NCBI GenBank assembly: GCA_050287845.1
Contig: JBNKCR010000085.1
Span: 1-37,419, forward strand
DNA length: 37,419 bases
Source: Polyangia bacterium
GTDB taxonomy: Bacteria; Myxococcota_A; Polyangia; JAAYKL01
Direction of reading: 5' to 3'
Shown here in pieces: positions 19,524 to 29,190 of this stretch (its first letter is position 1; each line of letters begins with the position of its first letter). A program made the position numbers and the translations under genes. Below the pieces are notes generated by a model, which worked only from the letters and a program-made list of their open reading frames with translations, had not been told where the DNA came from and ran no database searches.

Positions 19524-20339
19524 TTATCCAAGGGCAACATCCAGCAGCATCATCACGGAAAAGCCAATCATGGTAAACATGGTCACCATATCAATATTTC
19601 GCTCATTCCGTTGAGATTCAGGGATGAGCTCCTCCACAACGACAAAAATCATCGCACCGGCAGCAAAACACAATGCATAAGGAAGTATCCCCTGCATATG
19701 CATCACAAACGCGGCGCCAATCACACCGGCAACTGGTTCCACGATGCCGGATGCCTGCCCAAGGAGAAAACTTTTCCAGCGACTGACCCCTTCCCTTCTC
19801 ATGGGCAATGACACAGCTGCGCCTTCGGGAAAGTTCTGAATGCCGATACCGATTGCAAGAGCCACCGCCCCCCCGATATTGGCGGAGGGCAGATGCGCCG
19901 CCACCGCACCGAACGCCACACCCACCGCCAATCCTTCCGGAATATTGTGCAGGGTGATGGCCAGCACCAACAGCGTACTGCGCTGCCAACTGGTTTTCAT
20001 CCCCTCCGGCGAATGTCCATTTCCGCCGGGATGAAGGTGCGGCAGGAATTTATCGGTGAGTCGCATAAAGACACCCCCACCCATAAAACCAATCACCGCT
20101 GTCAGCCAGGGAATATTGCCCAGTTGCTCGGCCATTTCAATGCCCGGAGCCAGCAGCGACCAGAAACTCGCTGCAATCATCACGCCTGCAGCAAACCCGA
20201 GCATGGAATCCATCACGCGGGGTTTTACGGTTTTCACAAAAAATACCAGAGCAGCTCCCAGCGCAGTCACCCCCCAGGTGAACAGCGTGGCCAGCAGCGC
20301 CTGGATCACTGGATGAAATTCTTGCAATGCATCAAACAT
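19524..20339 (-). CDS. ZIP family metal transporter (GufA/ZupT-like)
   Basis: GFAAGVMIAASFWSLL, LHNIPEGLAVG, IQNFPEG and EELIPE motifs; multiple TM helices. Confidence 0.95.
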   Translation of the reverse strand: MFDALQEFHPVIQALLATLFTWGVTALGAALVFFVKTVKPRVMDSMLGFAAGVMIAASFWSLLAPGIEMAEQLGNIPWLTAVIGFMGGGVFMRLTDKFLPHLHPGGNGHSPEGMKTSWQRSTLLVLAITLHNIPEGLAVGVAFGAVAAHLPSANIGGAVALAIGIGIQNFPEGAAVSLPMRREGVSRWKSFLLGQASGIVEPVAGVIGAAFVMHMQGILPYALCFAAGAMIFVVVEELIPESQRNERNIDMVTMFTMIGFSVMMLLDVALG

Positions 20340-20432
20340 AACAGGGGTTTTAATCACTTCGCCCAGAGGTGTAAAGGGCTCAATCGCCCCGGTCGTACGC
20401 ACTGCACCGGCCAGCCCGATATTATGGCTCGT

Positions 20433-21548
20433 CTACCGGGGCCGCTGCGAGGTGAGCGCACCTCTATCCTGTGGGAATGATTCCACATGAATGGACTGGG
20501 TAGGGAATGCGAAGCTGAGGCCCAGAGATTCCACTTTATCCATGATGGACAACATAAACTCCTGCTTGGCCTGGAGAAACTCTGCCCAGTTGGTGGTCTC
20601 GGTAAAACAGTAAATGAATACGTCGAGACTGCTTGGTCCAAAATTGTCAAAGTTCACCAGATAGAAGTCATCTCTGATTTTGGGGTTGTCCGCAATCAGC
20701 TGACGAATTTCGTTCACCAAATCATTCAGTTTTGATGATGGCGTCGAATACGTGACCCCGATGCTCATTTTTATCCGGCGTTTTTTCATGCGAGACCAAT
20801 TGTTGACGGGGTCGGTGGTGAACGCGGAGTTTGGAACAGAAATGACGCTATTGGCAAAGGTACGAATCCGTGTGGTGCGCAGCCCGATTTCTTCCACCGT
20901 ACCTTCCACATTGGACATTTCAATCCAGTCCCCTACCTGAAACGGTTTGTCGAGAAAAATCACCAGGGATCCGAACAGGTTGGCCACGGTATCCTTGGCC
21001 GCCATCGCCATGGCCAGACCACCGATTCCCAGCCCCGCAAGAAGACTGCTCACGGAATACCCGAGGTTCTGCAGAATGAGCACCACGCCAATCACATATA
21101 AAAAGGCACGCAGACTCTTTCGGACAATGGGAACCAGCTGATCATCCAATCGACTTTCTGTCAGCTCCGCTTTTTTACTCCACCAATTTGCGATGCCATC
21201 CACGAGACGGGTGCAGAACCACACAATGAGCACCAGTGACACGCTCGACAGCATGGCCGAAACAAACCGTCCCAAATCCACCGGCTCGGTGGGCAACGGC
21301 AGAATGAGTAACGCCACAAAGAATCCACCCAGCACCACCGCCCATTCCACCGGTTTTCCCAGCGCGTGGATAAAAATATCGTCGAACTCCACCGCGGTTT
21401 TTTCCGTCAGTGTTTCAAGGCGTCTGAAGATAACTCCCACCAGTTTCTTTCCAGTGAAACCTGCAACGATGGCCCCCAGGCTGGCCAGATATACCCACAG
21501 CGCAATGCCGAGAAACTCGACCTTGAAAAACTGCAAAATTGTTTCCAT
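20433..21548 (-). CDS. Small-conductance mechanosensitive channel (MscS family)
   Basis: LLAGLGIGGLAMAMAAKDTVANLFG, DKPFQVGDWI, GTVEEIGLRTT, FAFPTQ. Confidence 0.96.
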   Translation of the reverse strand: METILQFFKVEFLGIALWVYLASLGAIVAGFTGKKLVGVIFRRLETLTEKTAVEFDDIFIHALGKPVEWAVVLGGFFVALLILPLPTEPVDLGRFVSAMLSSVSLVLIVWFCTRLVDGIANWWSKKAELTESRLDDQLVPIVRKSLRAFLYVIGVVLILQNLGYSVSSLLAGLGIGGLAMAMAAKDTVANLFGSLVIFLDKPFQVGDWIEMSNVEGTVEEIGLRTTRIRTFANSVISVPNSAFTTDPVNNWSRMKKRRIKMSIGVTYSTPSSKLNDLVNEIRQLIADNPKIRDDFYLVNFDNFGPSSLDVFIYCFTETTNWAEFLQAKQEFMLSIMDKVESLGLSFAFPTQSIHVESFPQDRGALTSQRPR

Positions 21549-21646
21549 ATTCAGTCCTTCCTGTTAAACCTTCCCGTAAGTTCTACATAATTAAAAAGCC
21601 GGTTTCGAGCAAGTTTCCGCTCGTCATACCGCAGGGGAAAACAACA

Positions 21647-24196
21647 TTGAAGCGCGCTCTTTGCCCCATTATACTGTCCCGAATAGCATATGCATTTCTC
21701 GCTGTCCCGCTTTGCATCTGTCTTCTGGCCGCAACCGGTATCCATGCCGATACCGCAAATACCGATACACATACCCATTCACTGAACAAAGTCCGTGGTT
21801 CAAACGCTACACATCCTGAATCGACCATCGGCGACGACGATTCTGTCGCCGCCGACGATATACCGTCATCCCCGCCGCCGCAACCCGCGGACCCTCCGCC
21901 CCCGCAAAACACGGACACCGATGCGCCTGATGGACCGATGTCCGCATTGCCAATACAACTTTCGCTGACCAGCAGTGGCGGGGTATCTCTCGGGGCGTAT
22001 CAGGCGGGCTACATGTATTACCTGACAGAGGTTGCCAAACTGAACCCGGACATCATGGCCCCCATGGTGGTCACCGGATCTTCAGCCGGCACCATCAACT
22101 CATTGATATCTGTCATTTCCCTTGGCAACGAGCTGACCAGCACGCCGGATGAAAGTCTGTTTTACAGGCTATGGACCAACATCAGTATTGACGAACTCCT
22201 CGACGTATCCAAAGCGCCGCCGCTGGCACTTTCATCACGAGCCGTTTTTGAAAGATTGGCGGATATGATGGCGTCTGAATGGAACGAAGGCCTCAAAGAA
22301 TCGCTTGATATGGTGGTGGGGGTAACCGCAACCCGGGTAGAAAGCCGTAAAGTGGACGTCAGTGGTGATTTCAGCGTGCCGCGCCAGGAAGAAAAATTCG
22401 TGTTTCGCATCCGGGGTCGGGGAAAGGGGAAACTGCCGCAGGTCACCAATTATCAGGACAACGCCCACGGTACGCCACAGCCACTATTGCCCTTCGTAGC
22501 ACCGGGCAAGGAAACGGGGACCCGCAATAACTTTAATATCCTTAAAAAATTAATGTTCGCTTCCTCCGCATTTCCGCTGGCGTTTCCTGCGCAGGAATTG
22601 AGTTTCTGCATGACGCTTCCGGAACTGGAGAACGGCCTCGACAGCAATGCGTTTCGCCAATGCAAGCTGCCCAGCGAAAAGGAACTGTTTGTGGACGGCT
22701 CCATGTTCGATCGCAACCCCCTTGGACTGGCATATCGAATCGGCAGTGCCGGACTCATATACAAGAACGACAAATACACCTTCCGGGAAGACCCGAACAG
22801 CAATACGGGAACACTGCCGAACAACTTTTACTTTCTCTATCTTGATGCGCTGAACGCATCCTACCCCACATATAAACCCGAAGCGGTATACAAACGCATT
22901 GAAGCGCTGTTTCCCACCTTCGGATCGTACTCTCAGGGATTTGTCAAATCCGCCCAGGCAAAAGAAATTTATATTCTTCTCGATCACCATCCGGAAGTGA
23001 AACAGCGCATTTACCTCACTGAAACCAGTTTTCCCACCGCCAGTGGCCTCCTGGCCAACTTTTTCGGATTCTTTGATGAGAAGTTTCGAATCTTCGATTT
23101 TTACATGGGTATGTACGATGCCCATCGATACATAGTGAATGATTTCCAACGGATGTTGCGCGACAGCACTGCTGAAGAGATTGAAATTCAACTCCCTGAA
23201 AACACGGAATCCGCAAGGAATAAGGACAGCTGGCATCCCTATTATTGCATGCGTGCCCAGTACGACGCCATTCCCGGCCTTGAACGCGCCTGTGAAGGTG
23301 ATTCGCTGGAAGACTTTCGTATTCTGCTGCAAATCTCTCTCAACCGTCTGTACGACAATTGCAGCGTATTGCCGCGAGACGACACGTTGTCCCATGCGCA
23401 TTGTCTGCGCGCGATGAAAGGCAATCCGCCGCCGCAAATCCAGCCCATGCGCCACGGTTCCTTCGAGGAAAGCTGGGACAGAGATGGAAACGAAACCCGG
23501 TTTCAGTACACCATACGACAGCTGGAGCAATATGATTTCTGGTTCAGGGATTTAGGCCTTTCCCGGCATCAGGCGTGGCTCGCCATGTCGAAAATTCGAG
23601 AGATTCTCGCTGGCGCCCTCGACGACTATGCGAAGAAGCTGCCCATTGCCGAAAGTGTCGCCATTCGCGTCCTTGGCAAACCCGGACTGAATTTTTTCAA
23701 ATACCAACCACCCCAGGTGATCATTTATGTGGGAGCGGGAAAAGGCGCGGAAGTGGGCTTGAGTGCCGCAGGTAAATATACCCCGGCACGATGGATACGG
23801 TTCAATGTGGGACTTCAGTTCAAGGGATTGTACGAACTGATGAGTCCAGCGCCCAATGTATTCGCGATGACGCCACTGCTGGGAATGTCCTTTGAAAGAA
23901 CCAGCTGGTCCTCCCCCGTGATGCAGGGAAGACTCGGGGTCCGCGTGGGATACCAGTTCAGTACTGAAGACAGCTTTACCCGAGGCCAATGCGATCTCGA
24001 TCAGTTCAGCATCGACAGTCGCAGCTGTTCCGCACCGGTGGGTCAGGTCTTTCTGGCTCTCACATTCTATGAACGGGTTCGTGTCCAGGGCGGGTTGGAA
24101 TGGTTCCCCTATTTCCTTCATCCCATGTCGAGAAACGAAACGAGCGTATTCAACGGATTTCTGGAAATCGGCTGGCAGTGGATTTCACCGTTTTAA
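21647..24196 (+). CDS. Exported patatin-like phospholipase with C-terminal beta-rich region
   Basis: SGGVSLGAY, GSSAG (catalytic Ser), VDGS (catalytic Asp); signal peptide and Pro-rich linker; amphipathic strands ending in Phe. TTG start at 21647 with AGGGG RBS is inferred. Confidence 0.85.
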   Translation: MKRALCPIILSRIAYAFLAVPLCICLLAATGIHADTANTDTHTHSLNKVRGSNATHPESTIGDDDSVAADDIPSSPPPQPADPPPPQNTDTDAPDGPMSALPIQLSLTSSGGVSLGAYQAGYMYYLTEVAKLNPDIMAPMVVTGSSAGTINSLISVISLGNELTSTPDESLFYRLWTNISIDELLDVSKAPPLALSSRAVFERLADMMASEWNEGLKESLDMVVGVTATRVESRKVDVSGDFSVPRQEEKFVFRIRGRGKGKLPQVTNYQDNAHGTPQPLLPFVAPGKETGTRNNFNILKKLMFASSAFPLAFPAQELSFCMTLPELENGLDSNAFRQCKLPSEKELFVDGSMFDRNPLGLAYRIGSAGLIYKNDKYTFREDPNSNTGTLPNNFYFLYLDALNASYPTYKPEAVYKRIEALFPTFGSYSQGFVKSAQAKEIYILLDHHPEVKQRIYLTETSFPTASGLLANFFGFFDEKFRIFDFYMGMYDAHRYIVNDFQRMLRDSTAEEIEIQLPENTESARNKDSWHPYYCMRAQYDAIPGLERACEGDSLEDFRILLQISLNRLYDNCSVLPRDDTLSHAHCLRAMKGNPPPQIQPMRHGSFEESWDRDGNETRFQYTIRQLEQYDFWFRDLGLSRHQAWLAMSKIREILAGALDDYAKKLPIAESVAIRVLGKPGLNFFKYQPPQVIIYVGAGKGAEVGLSAAGKYTPARWIRFNVGLQFKGLYELMSPAPNVFAMTPLLGMSFERTSWSSPVMQGRLGVRVGYQFSTEDSFTRGQCDLDQFSIDSRSCSAPVGQVFLALTFYERVRVQGGLEWFPYFLHPMSRNETSVFNGFLEIGWQWISPF

Positions 24197-24244
24197 CCAT
24201 AGGATCTCTTCGATTCCGGTGCTACTCCGGGGCTACTCCCGGTG

Positions 24245-25549
24245 CTACTCGATGATTATGGGAAGGTATTCGTCACACCGCATGGCGCCCGCATCCCTCG
24301 CACAGGAGATGTCGCACGCGTCACAGTAAATGCATTGCATGTATGCCCAGTATTTCTCGGACGCGCTGTTCCCCACTGCCAATTCACATTCCTGTTGAAT
24401 CTGCAGCCAGTTCGGATCTGACCAACTGTCGCTGTAACACTGTTCCAGTTCCTGACACAATGGGTCCGACTGACAGGCCTCTGTGGCTTGAGTACACGGA
24501 CCGCCCCATCCAGCCCACGAAAAGCATGCGGTCTCCCCTGGTTGTGTGTCCTGCTCGTAGCAGGGATTTTCCGGGGTATTGGGCTCCTGCGACTGCTGTC
24601 CGCACAGCTCATCAAAATCGCCCGTGTTTCCGCAGGAAACCGCACAGGCATCACAGGCCACGCATTCGGTGATGGCATCGTATTTCGCAATGGCTTCAGG
24701 TGTCACTTCCACCTGGTATGCGCACGATTCTGAACAATCATCCCACGCGTCGCCCACAAGACAATTTCCCATCCCGGCACCGCCGCAGCACTGATTGTCA
24801 AGACAACCGATATACGCTGCACAGCTCATATCCGTCAGACATTCCTCGATGACTGGCGTGCAGACGGGACTGCTCACGCCACATCCCCAGCATTCAGCGT
24901 AACAGTCCACATCATATCCGTCGCATTCACCAATCGAATCGGTATCGGAATCCGTGTCTGAATCCGAATCAGAGTCAGTGTCAGAGTCTGAGTCAGAGTC
25001 TGAGTCTGAGTCTGAATAGTTCCAGGGATCCACACATCGATAGTCGCCGTCCATCACCGTGCAGATGGAATTCTGAATTGTGCAATCATCCCAGTCTGCC
25101 CACTCTCCCTGAACACATTTCTGAAGCATGTTCGCGTTACATCGCGTTTCGCCACTGTCATAGCACCACTCGGGCGCATCGGCATCGCTATCGCTGTCTG
25201 CATCCGAATCCGCATCGCTGTCCGTGTCCACATCCGCATCTGTGCTGCCGGGAAAACCGAATATGTCGCAGCACCGCAAATTCCCATCACACTCGCCCTC
25301 CATCCGGGTTCCGCCCCAGGAGATACAGTGGGGGAGACATTCGAATACGCAATACCCATTCCCGGGATCTGCATTTGCATCTGAATCAGCGTCGCTGTCC
25401 GAATCCGAATCGGTGTCGCTGTCCGAATCCGAATCGGCATCACCGGCGGAATCGAGTGAATCCACCAGACCGGAGAAATCGCCGTCACACGCCATCATCA
25501 GCCACATACTTAAAACACAAACGATTATCAGTTTAATATTAAAGCCCAT
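24245..25549 (-). CDS. Cys-rich lipoprotein with Asp/Ser/Thr low-complexity linkers
   Basis: LMMA-C lipobox; three D-[SAT] dipeptide-repeat tracts; many Cys; duplicated C-terminal Cys module. Confidence 0.85.
   Translation of the reverse strand: MGFNIKLIIVCVLSMWLMMACDGDFSGLVDSLDSAGDADSDSDSDTDSDSDSDADSDANADPGNGYCVFECLPHCISWGGTRMEGECDGNLRCCDIFGFPGSTDADVDTDSDADSDADSDSDADAPEWCYDSGETRCNANMLQKCVQGEWADWDDCTIQNSICTVMDGDYRCVDPWNYSDSDSDSDSDSDTDSDSDSDTDSDTDSIGECDGYDVDCYAECWGCGVSSPVCTPVIEECLTDMSCAAYIGCLDNQCCGGAGMGNCLVGDAWDDCSESCAYQVEVTPEAIAKYDAITECVACDACAVSCGNTGDFDELCGQQSQEPNTPENPCYEQDTQPGETACFSWAGWGGPCTQATEACQSDPLCQELEQCYSDSWSDPNWLQIQQECELAVGNSASEKYWAYMQCIYCDACDISCARDAGAMRCDEYLPIIIE
24934..25017 (-). 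repeat. Hexamer tandem repeat encoding (D-S/T)n
   Basis: Plus strand (TCAGAG/TCTGAG)n and ATCGGT/ATCCGA units. Similar tracts lie at about 25175-25245 and 25370-25445. Confidence 0.85.
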
Positions 25550-25836
25550 AAAACACCTTATCCCTTTCGTCACCACCGGCATGATGGTGAGTTGGTTTCT
25601 CCAATCGGTCCGGGCATCCCGAATGCAGGCAGACCAGAAATAATCTGAATTTTGGATTACGTTGAATTAAGTGCGCATGACCCCGAAAAGAGAACATCGG
25701 GCAAATTTTTTTTTTCAGAATATTTTTCCGGTATCGGTGCTTCACTGAAAACAAATGCCGTTTTTTTGCCAAATGTAAGTCAATGTATCACAATGTATGA
25801 AAACCATCTGCAACACACCGGCATGGAGGTATCGCA

Positions 25837-26208
25837 ATGAAAGAGGAAAGAAGAGTTAAAAGAAGTCATAATTTGCACGAGGCATTGGAGCTGCAACTCG
25901 CCGCATCCCTGGAGCGGGCGCGCTTCAATTCCATTATTCTCGCCGAAGACCAGGGGTTCGCCGTGGCGGGCGCGGGTAAAGTGATTGAAGACGAGGAAAT
26001 TGCGGCTCTTGCCCCCAGCCTTGTTCCGGGAAAAACGGTCTGGCAGGGAAAGATCGCCATCGACAATGGCCCCGAAAAAATAGTGACCATCACCCCGCTG
26101 CAAACCGACGTCGGTAACCTCTACCTGTGCGGTGTGGGCGGCGAATCCTCCAGGATTATCGCTGAACTGCTATTGAGTGGAAAAGGCGTCAATCGGATTC
26201 TGGCATAA
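25837..26208 (+). CDS. Small roadblock/profilin-like hypothetical protein
   Basis: RBS GGAGG; helix, then IILAEDQGFAVAGAG, then a terminal helix ending GVNRILA, consistent with a roadblock-like fold. Confidence 0.65.
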   Translation: MKEERRVKRSHNLHEALELQLAASLERARFNSIILAEDQGFAVAGAGKVIEDEEIAALAPSLVPGKTVWQGKIAIDNGPEKIVTITPLQTDVGNLYLCGVGGESSRIIAELLLSGKGVNRILA

Positions 26209-26382
26209 GGCCACAACCACCATCCGTCCGTTCTCTTCATTCCGGATACACCTGAATGACCGTCCTTTATTACAGTATCAGTTGAATTATCCAAACAAAC
26301 TATATAGCCAGTGAAAATGTGATATTATTATTGAATACTCATTTCGTACCGCTTGCAAGTGAGTCAAGCAACGGGAGGCACC

Positions 26383-27420
26383 ATGAAAAAACGGGACACA
26401 TTTTTATTTATGCTGGTCGGCTGCATGCTTTCTTTCAGTCTGTCATTGCCGGGTTGCGCGGACGATGCCGACAGTAATGACGTGGACACAGACACACAGC
26501 TGCAGAACGACACAGCTTCGCACCAGCAGAACGACACCGGTTCCGCGCAGCAGAATGACACGGGCACCGGCGTTGATAACACCGTCATTCATGTGGGGCA
26601 CGCGCAGAGTACTCTTGATGACATTCCGGACACCGCCATTGAGCTGGCCAAACAGAACCTGCATATTGTGTATCAGCATACATCCCACGGCAGTCAGCTG
26701 ATCTCCGGCATGGAAGCATTGATGTCCTATCCGGCGTTTGGCAATTTATATACCTACAGCGATGACGGCAGTACTGGCCTGGATATCGACGACTATGGTA
26801 TTGATGCGGAAGTGGATGATCTCAGTCAGGGAGACTCCGTCGATGCCAATGGCGTTACGCCCTGGGTAGTCGGGACCCGCGCCCTTCTGGACAATCCCGA
26901 CAATGCCCATGTGAATGTCGTCATGTGGTCGTGGTGTTCCATCGATGGCCACGATGCTGAGCGGTATGTGGACAACATGGAGATACTCATTGCCGAGTAT
27001 CCTCACATTCAGTTTGTTTTCATGACCGGACATTCACAGGGACAGGGAGAGGACCTCACCGAAAACGGTGTGCATTACAACAACCAACTGATTCGCGAGC
27101 ACTGTCGCACCCATCAGCGAATTCTGTACGATTTCGCAGACATTGAAGCGTACAATTTTGAAGGCGAATACTTCTGGAGCGCCGATATGCTGGACAACCT
27201 GGACTACGATGGCGGAAACTGGGGTGTGGAGTGGATTCAGAATCATCCCGGGGATGTCTTCAGCCTGTTGACAACCGGTGAGGGCATCGACGGATTCTCA
27301 GGCCCCTCCAGCTGCGCCCACTCCGATTCGCCCACTGAAGCCAGAATCAACTGCGTTAAAAAAGCCGCTGCTGCCTGGTACCTTTTTGCCCGTCTGGCTG
27401 GCTGGACACCCGGCATCTGA
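26383..27420 (+). CDS. Hypothetical lipoprotein (possible SGNH-like hydrolase fold)
   Basis: RBS GGAGG; LPG-C lipobox; YQHTSHGSQ, VVMWSWC, FVFMTGH, LYDFADIE and CAHS motifs. Confidence 0.75.
   Translation: MKKRDTFLFMLVGCMLSFSLSLPGCADDADSNDVDTDTQLQNDTASHQQNDTGSAQQNDTGTGVDNTVIHVGHAQSTLDDIPDTAIELAKQNLHIVYQHTSHGSQLISGMEALMSYPAFGNLYTYSDDGSTGLDIDDYGIDAEVDDLSQGDSVDANGVTPWVVGTRALLDNPDNAHVNVVMWSWCSIDGHDAERYVDNMEILIAEYPHIQFVFMTGHSQGQGEDLTENGVHYNNQLIREHCRTHQRILYDFADIEAYNFEGEYFWSADMLDNLDYDGGNWGVEWIQNHPGDVFSLLTTGEGIDGFSGPSSCAHSDSPTEARINCVKKAAAAWYLFARLAGWTPGI
26503..26565 (+). repeat. 24-bp tandem repeat (three QNDT units)
   Basis: CAGAA(C/T)GACAC at 26503, 26527 and 26551. Confidence 0.8.
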
Positions 27421-27715
27421 TGCAACCATGCCATCACAGATCGCATCGTGAATGACATGAAATTGACTCATGTTCTTCACAGTTCACCGGTCTGCCCTTC
27501 TCAAACTTTTTGAACTCTTTTTGTTCACATAACAAACTTAATACCTGAAAGATATACTGGCGCCAGTGATCAGGTGTTCAAAAATCGATTCTCCATTTTT
27601 GAAACATTGAAGTTGGATTGCGCCATCGGACACAGCAGCCCGATGGCGACCTGCACCGCATTGTGCGGACAGGAAAACTGGCAACCCCGCGCGGTTGCAC
27701 AGGGAGGGCATATTC

Positions 27716-28987
27716 ATGAAATCGATACCATTAAAATTAATCCCATTTACCGGATGCATCACCGCTCTGCTGATGAGCCTCCAGGTTCAGGCACTGGACC
27801 TGACGGATGACACCAGGTTCTATGTACCACCGCCCAACAGCGGCGCCGTCGATCAGTACTGGGATCTCGCATATTCCGGGCAGAGACTGGAAGCATCAAT
27901 GATTAAAGAGATGATTGACACTCCTCAAGCGGTATGGATTACACAGGGCACACCGGAAGAGGCGCGACGTCAGACAAAGCGGGTTACCCGGAAGGCTGCA
28001 TCGAAAAATCAGGTACCGGTGATTGCCCTGTACAATATTCCCTTCAGAGATTGTGCCCAGTACTCCGCCGGTGGCGCCACCAGTCCAGGGGAGTATGTGG
28101 CGTGGGTGGAAGGGGTTGCCGCCGGAATCGGTGACCGGGATGCCGTTGTCATTCTTGAGCCGGATGGTCTGGGGATTATCCCGTTTTATCAGCCACTGTA
28201 TGGCGAAATGGAATGGTGTCAGCCCGCTGAAGCGAACCCTTCCACTGCCGCAGACGACAGATTTTACATGATGAATACCGCCGTTCAGATTTTAAAGGCG
28301 CAGCCCAACACCAAAGTGTACCTGGACGGCACCCACAGTGCGTGGCTGAGTGTGGGGGAAGCAGCAGACCGATTGGTCAGAGCGGGCATATGGAATGCAG
28401 ACGGATTTTTTCTGAATACATCCAATTACCAGCCACAGACAGCGCTGGAAACCTTCGGATATTGGGTATCGGCATGTCTCACCATCTGTGATGCGGAAGG
28501 ACACTGGCACTACGGTCATTTTGACTGGTGCGCCAGCCAGTATGTCGACGGGGTAGCCGACTACAGTCCGGAAAACGTGGCCGCCGTCAACAGTACGTAT
28601 GCCGACCTGCTCGCAGATGTGGGCGAGGACCCTGCCGCCAACTTTGTGATCGACACCAGCCGAAACGGTATCGGCCCCTGGGTTCCCGAAATGCCGACTG
28701 GTGTTGAAGGAGATCCGCAGGATTGGTGCAACCCGCCGGATCGCGGCATCGGTTTGCGTCCCAGCACCGAGACGACCAGTGATCTCATTGATGCGTATCT
28801 GTGGATTAAACTCCCCGGGGAATCCGATGGCGAATGCAACCGGTGGGAACCCCGGGGAGAACCGGATCCGGTTCGGGGAATGATCGATCCCGCCGCCAGC
28901 GTATGGTTTCCGGAGATGGCCCTTGAACTGGTCACGTATGCCAACCCCGAAATCGATCTCTGTTCATGGGGACACAATGGGCACTGA
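27716..28987 (+). CDS. Glycoside hydrolase family 6 (endoglucanase), secreted
   Basis: YNIPFRDC...YSAGGA, ILEPDG, DGTHSAWL, FVIDTSRNG, WCNPP, YLWIKLPGESDGEC; signal peptide; RBS GGAGG. Confidence 0.95.
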   Translation: MKSIPLKLIPFTGCITALLMSLQVQALDLTDDTRFYVPPPNSGAVDQYWDLAYSGQRLEASMIKEMIDTPQAVWITQGTPEEARRQTKRVTRKAASKNQVPVIALYNIPFRDCAQYSAGGATSPGEYVAWVEGVAAGIGDRDAVVILEPDGLGIIPFYQPLYGEMEWCQPAEANPSTAADDRFYMMNTAVQILKAQPNTKVYLDGTHSAWLSVGEAADRLVRAGIWNADGFFLNTSNYQPQTALETFGYWVSACLTICDAEGHWHYGHFDWCASQYVDGVADYSPENVAAVNSTYADLLADVGEDPAANFVIDTSRNGIGPWVPEMPTGVEGDPQDWCNPPDRGIGLRPSTETTSDLIDAYLWIKLPGESDGECNRWEPRGEPDPVRGMIDPAASVWFPEMALELVTYANPEIDLCSWGHNGH

Positions 28988-29190
28988 CACCGATTTCCCA
29001 TCCCCGTCGCGAAAAACAAGTCTCCTCTTCTGACAAAAAATCAATCTATTTGAATTTTTACACACACTGTACGGATTCTCTCACGCTCCCGCCATATTTG
29101 CTCTGTTCGTTTCGTTCAAATGATTTATAACTGTGCTGTTATTACAGCAATGAATTGAATCTGAACTCACTTTAACCGTCAGGCGATATT

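Noticed and set aside
24934..25017. Regular repeats as a possible CRISPR array
   Set aside because: The period is 6 bp, in-frame within a CDS, with no spacers and no cas genes.
25755..25772. Minus-strand GG-N10-GC (TGGCAAAAAAACGGCA)
   Set aside because: Poor -12 element and about 200 bp from the next start codon; likely chance.
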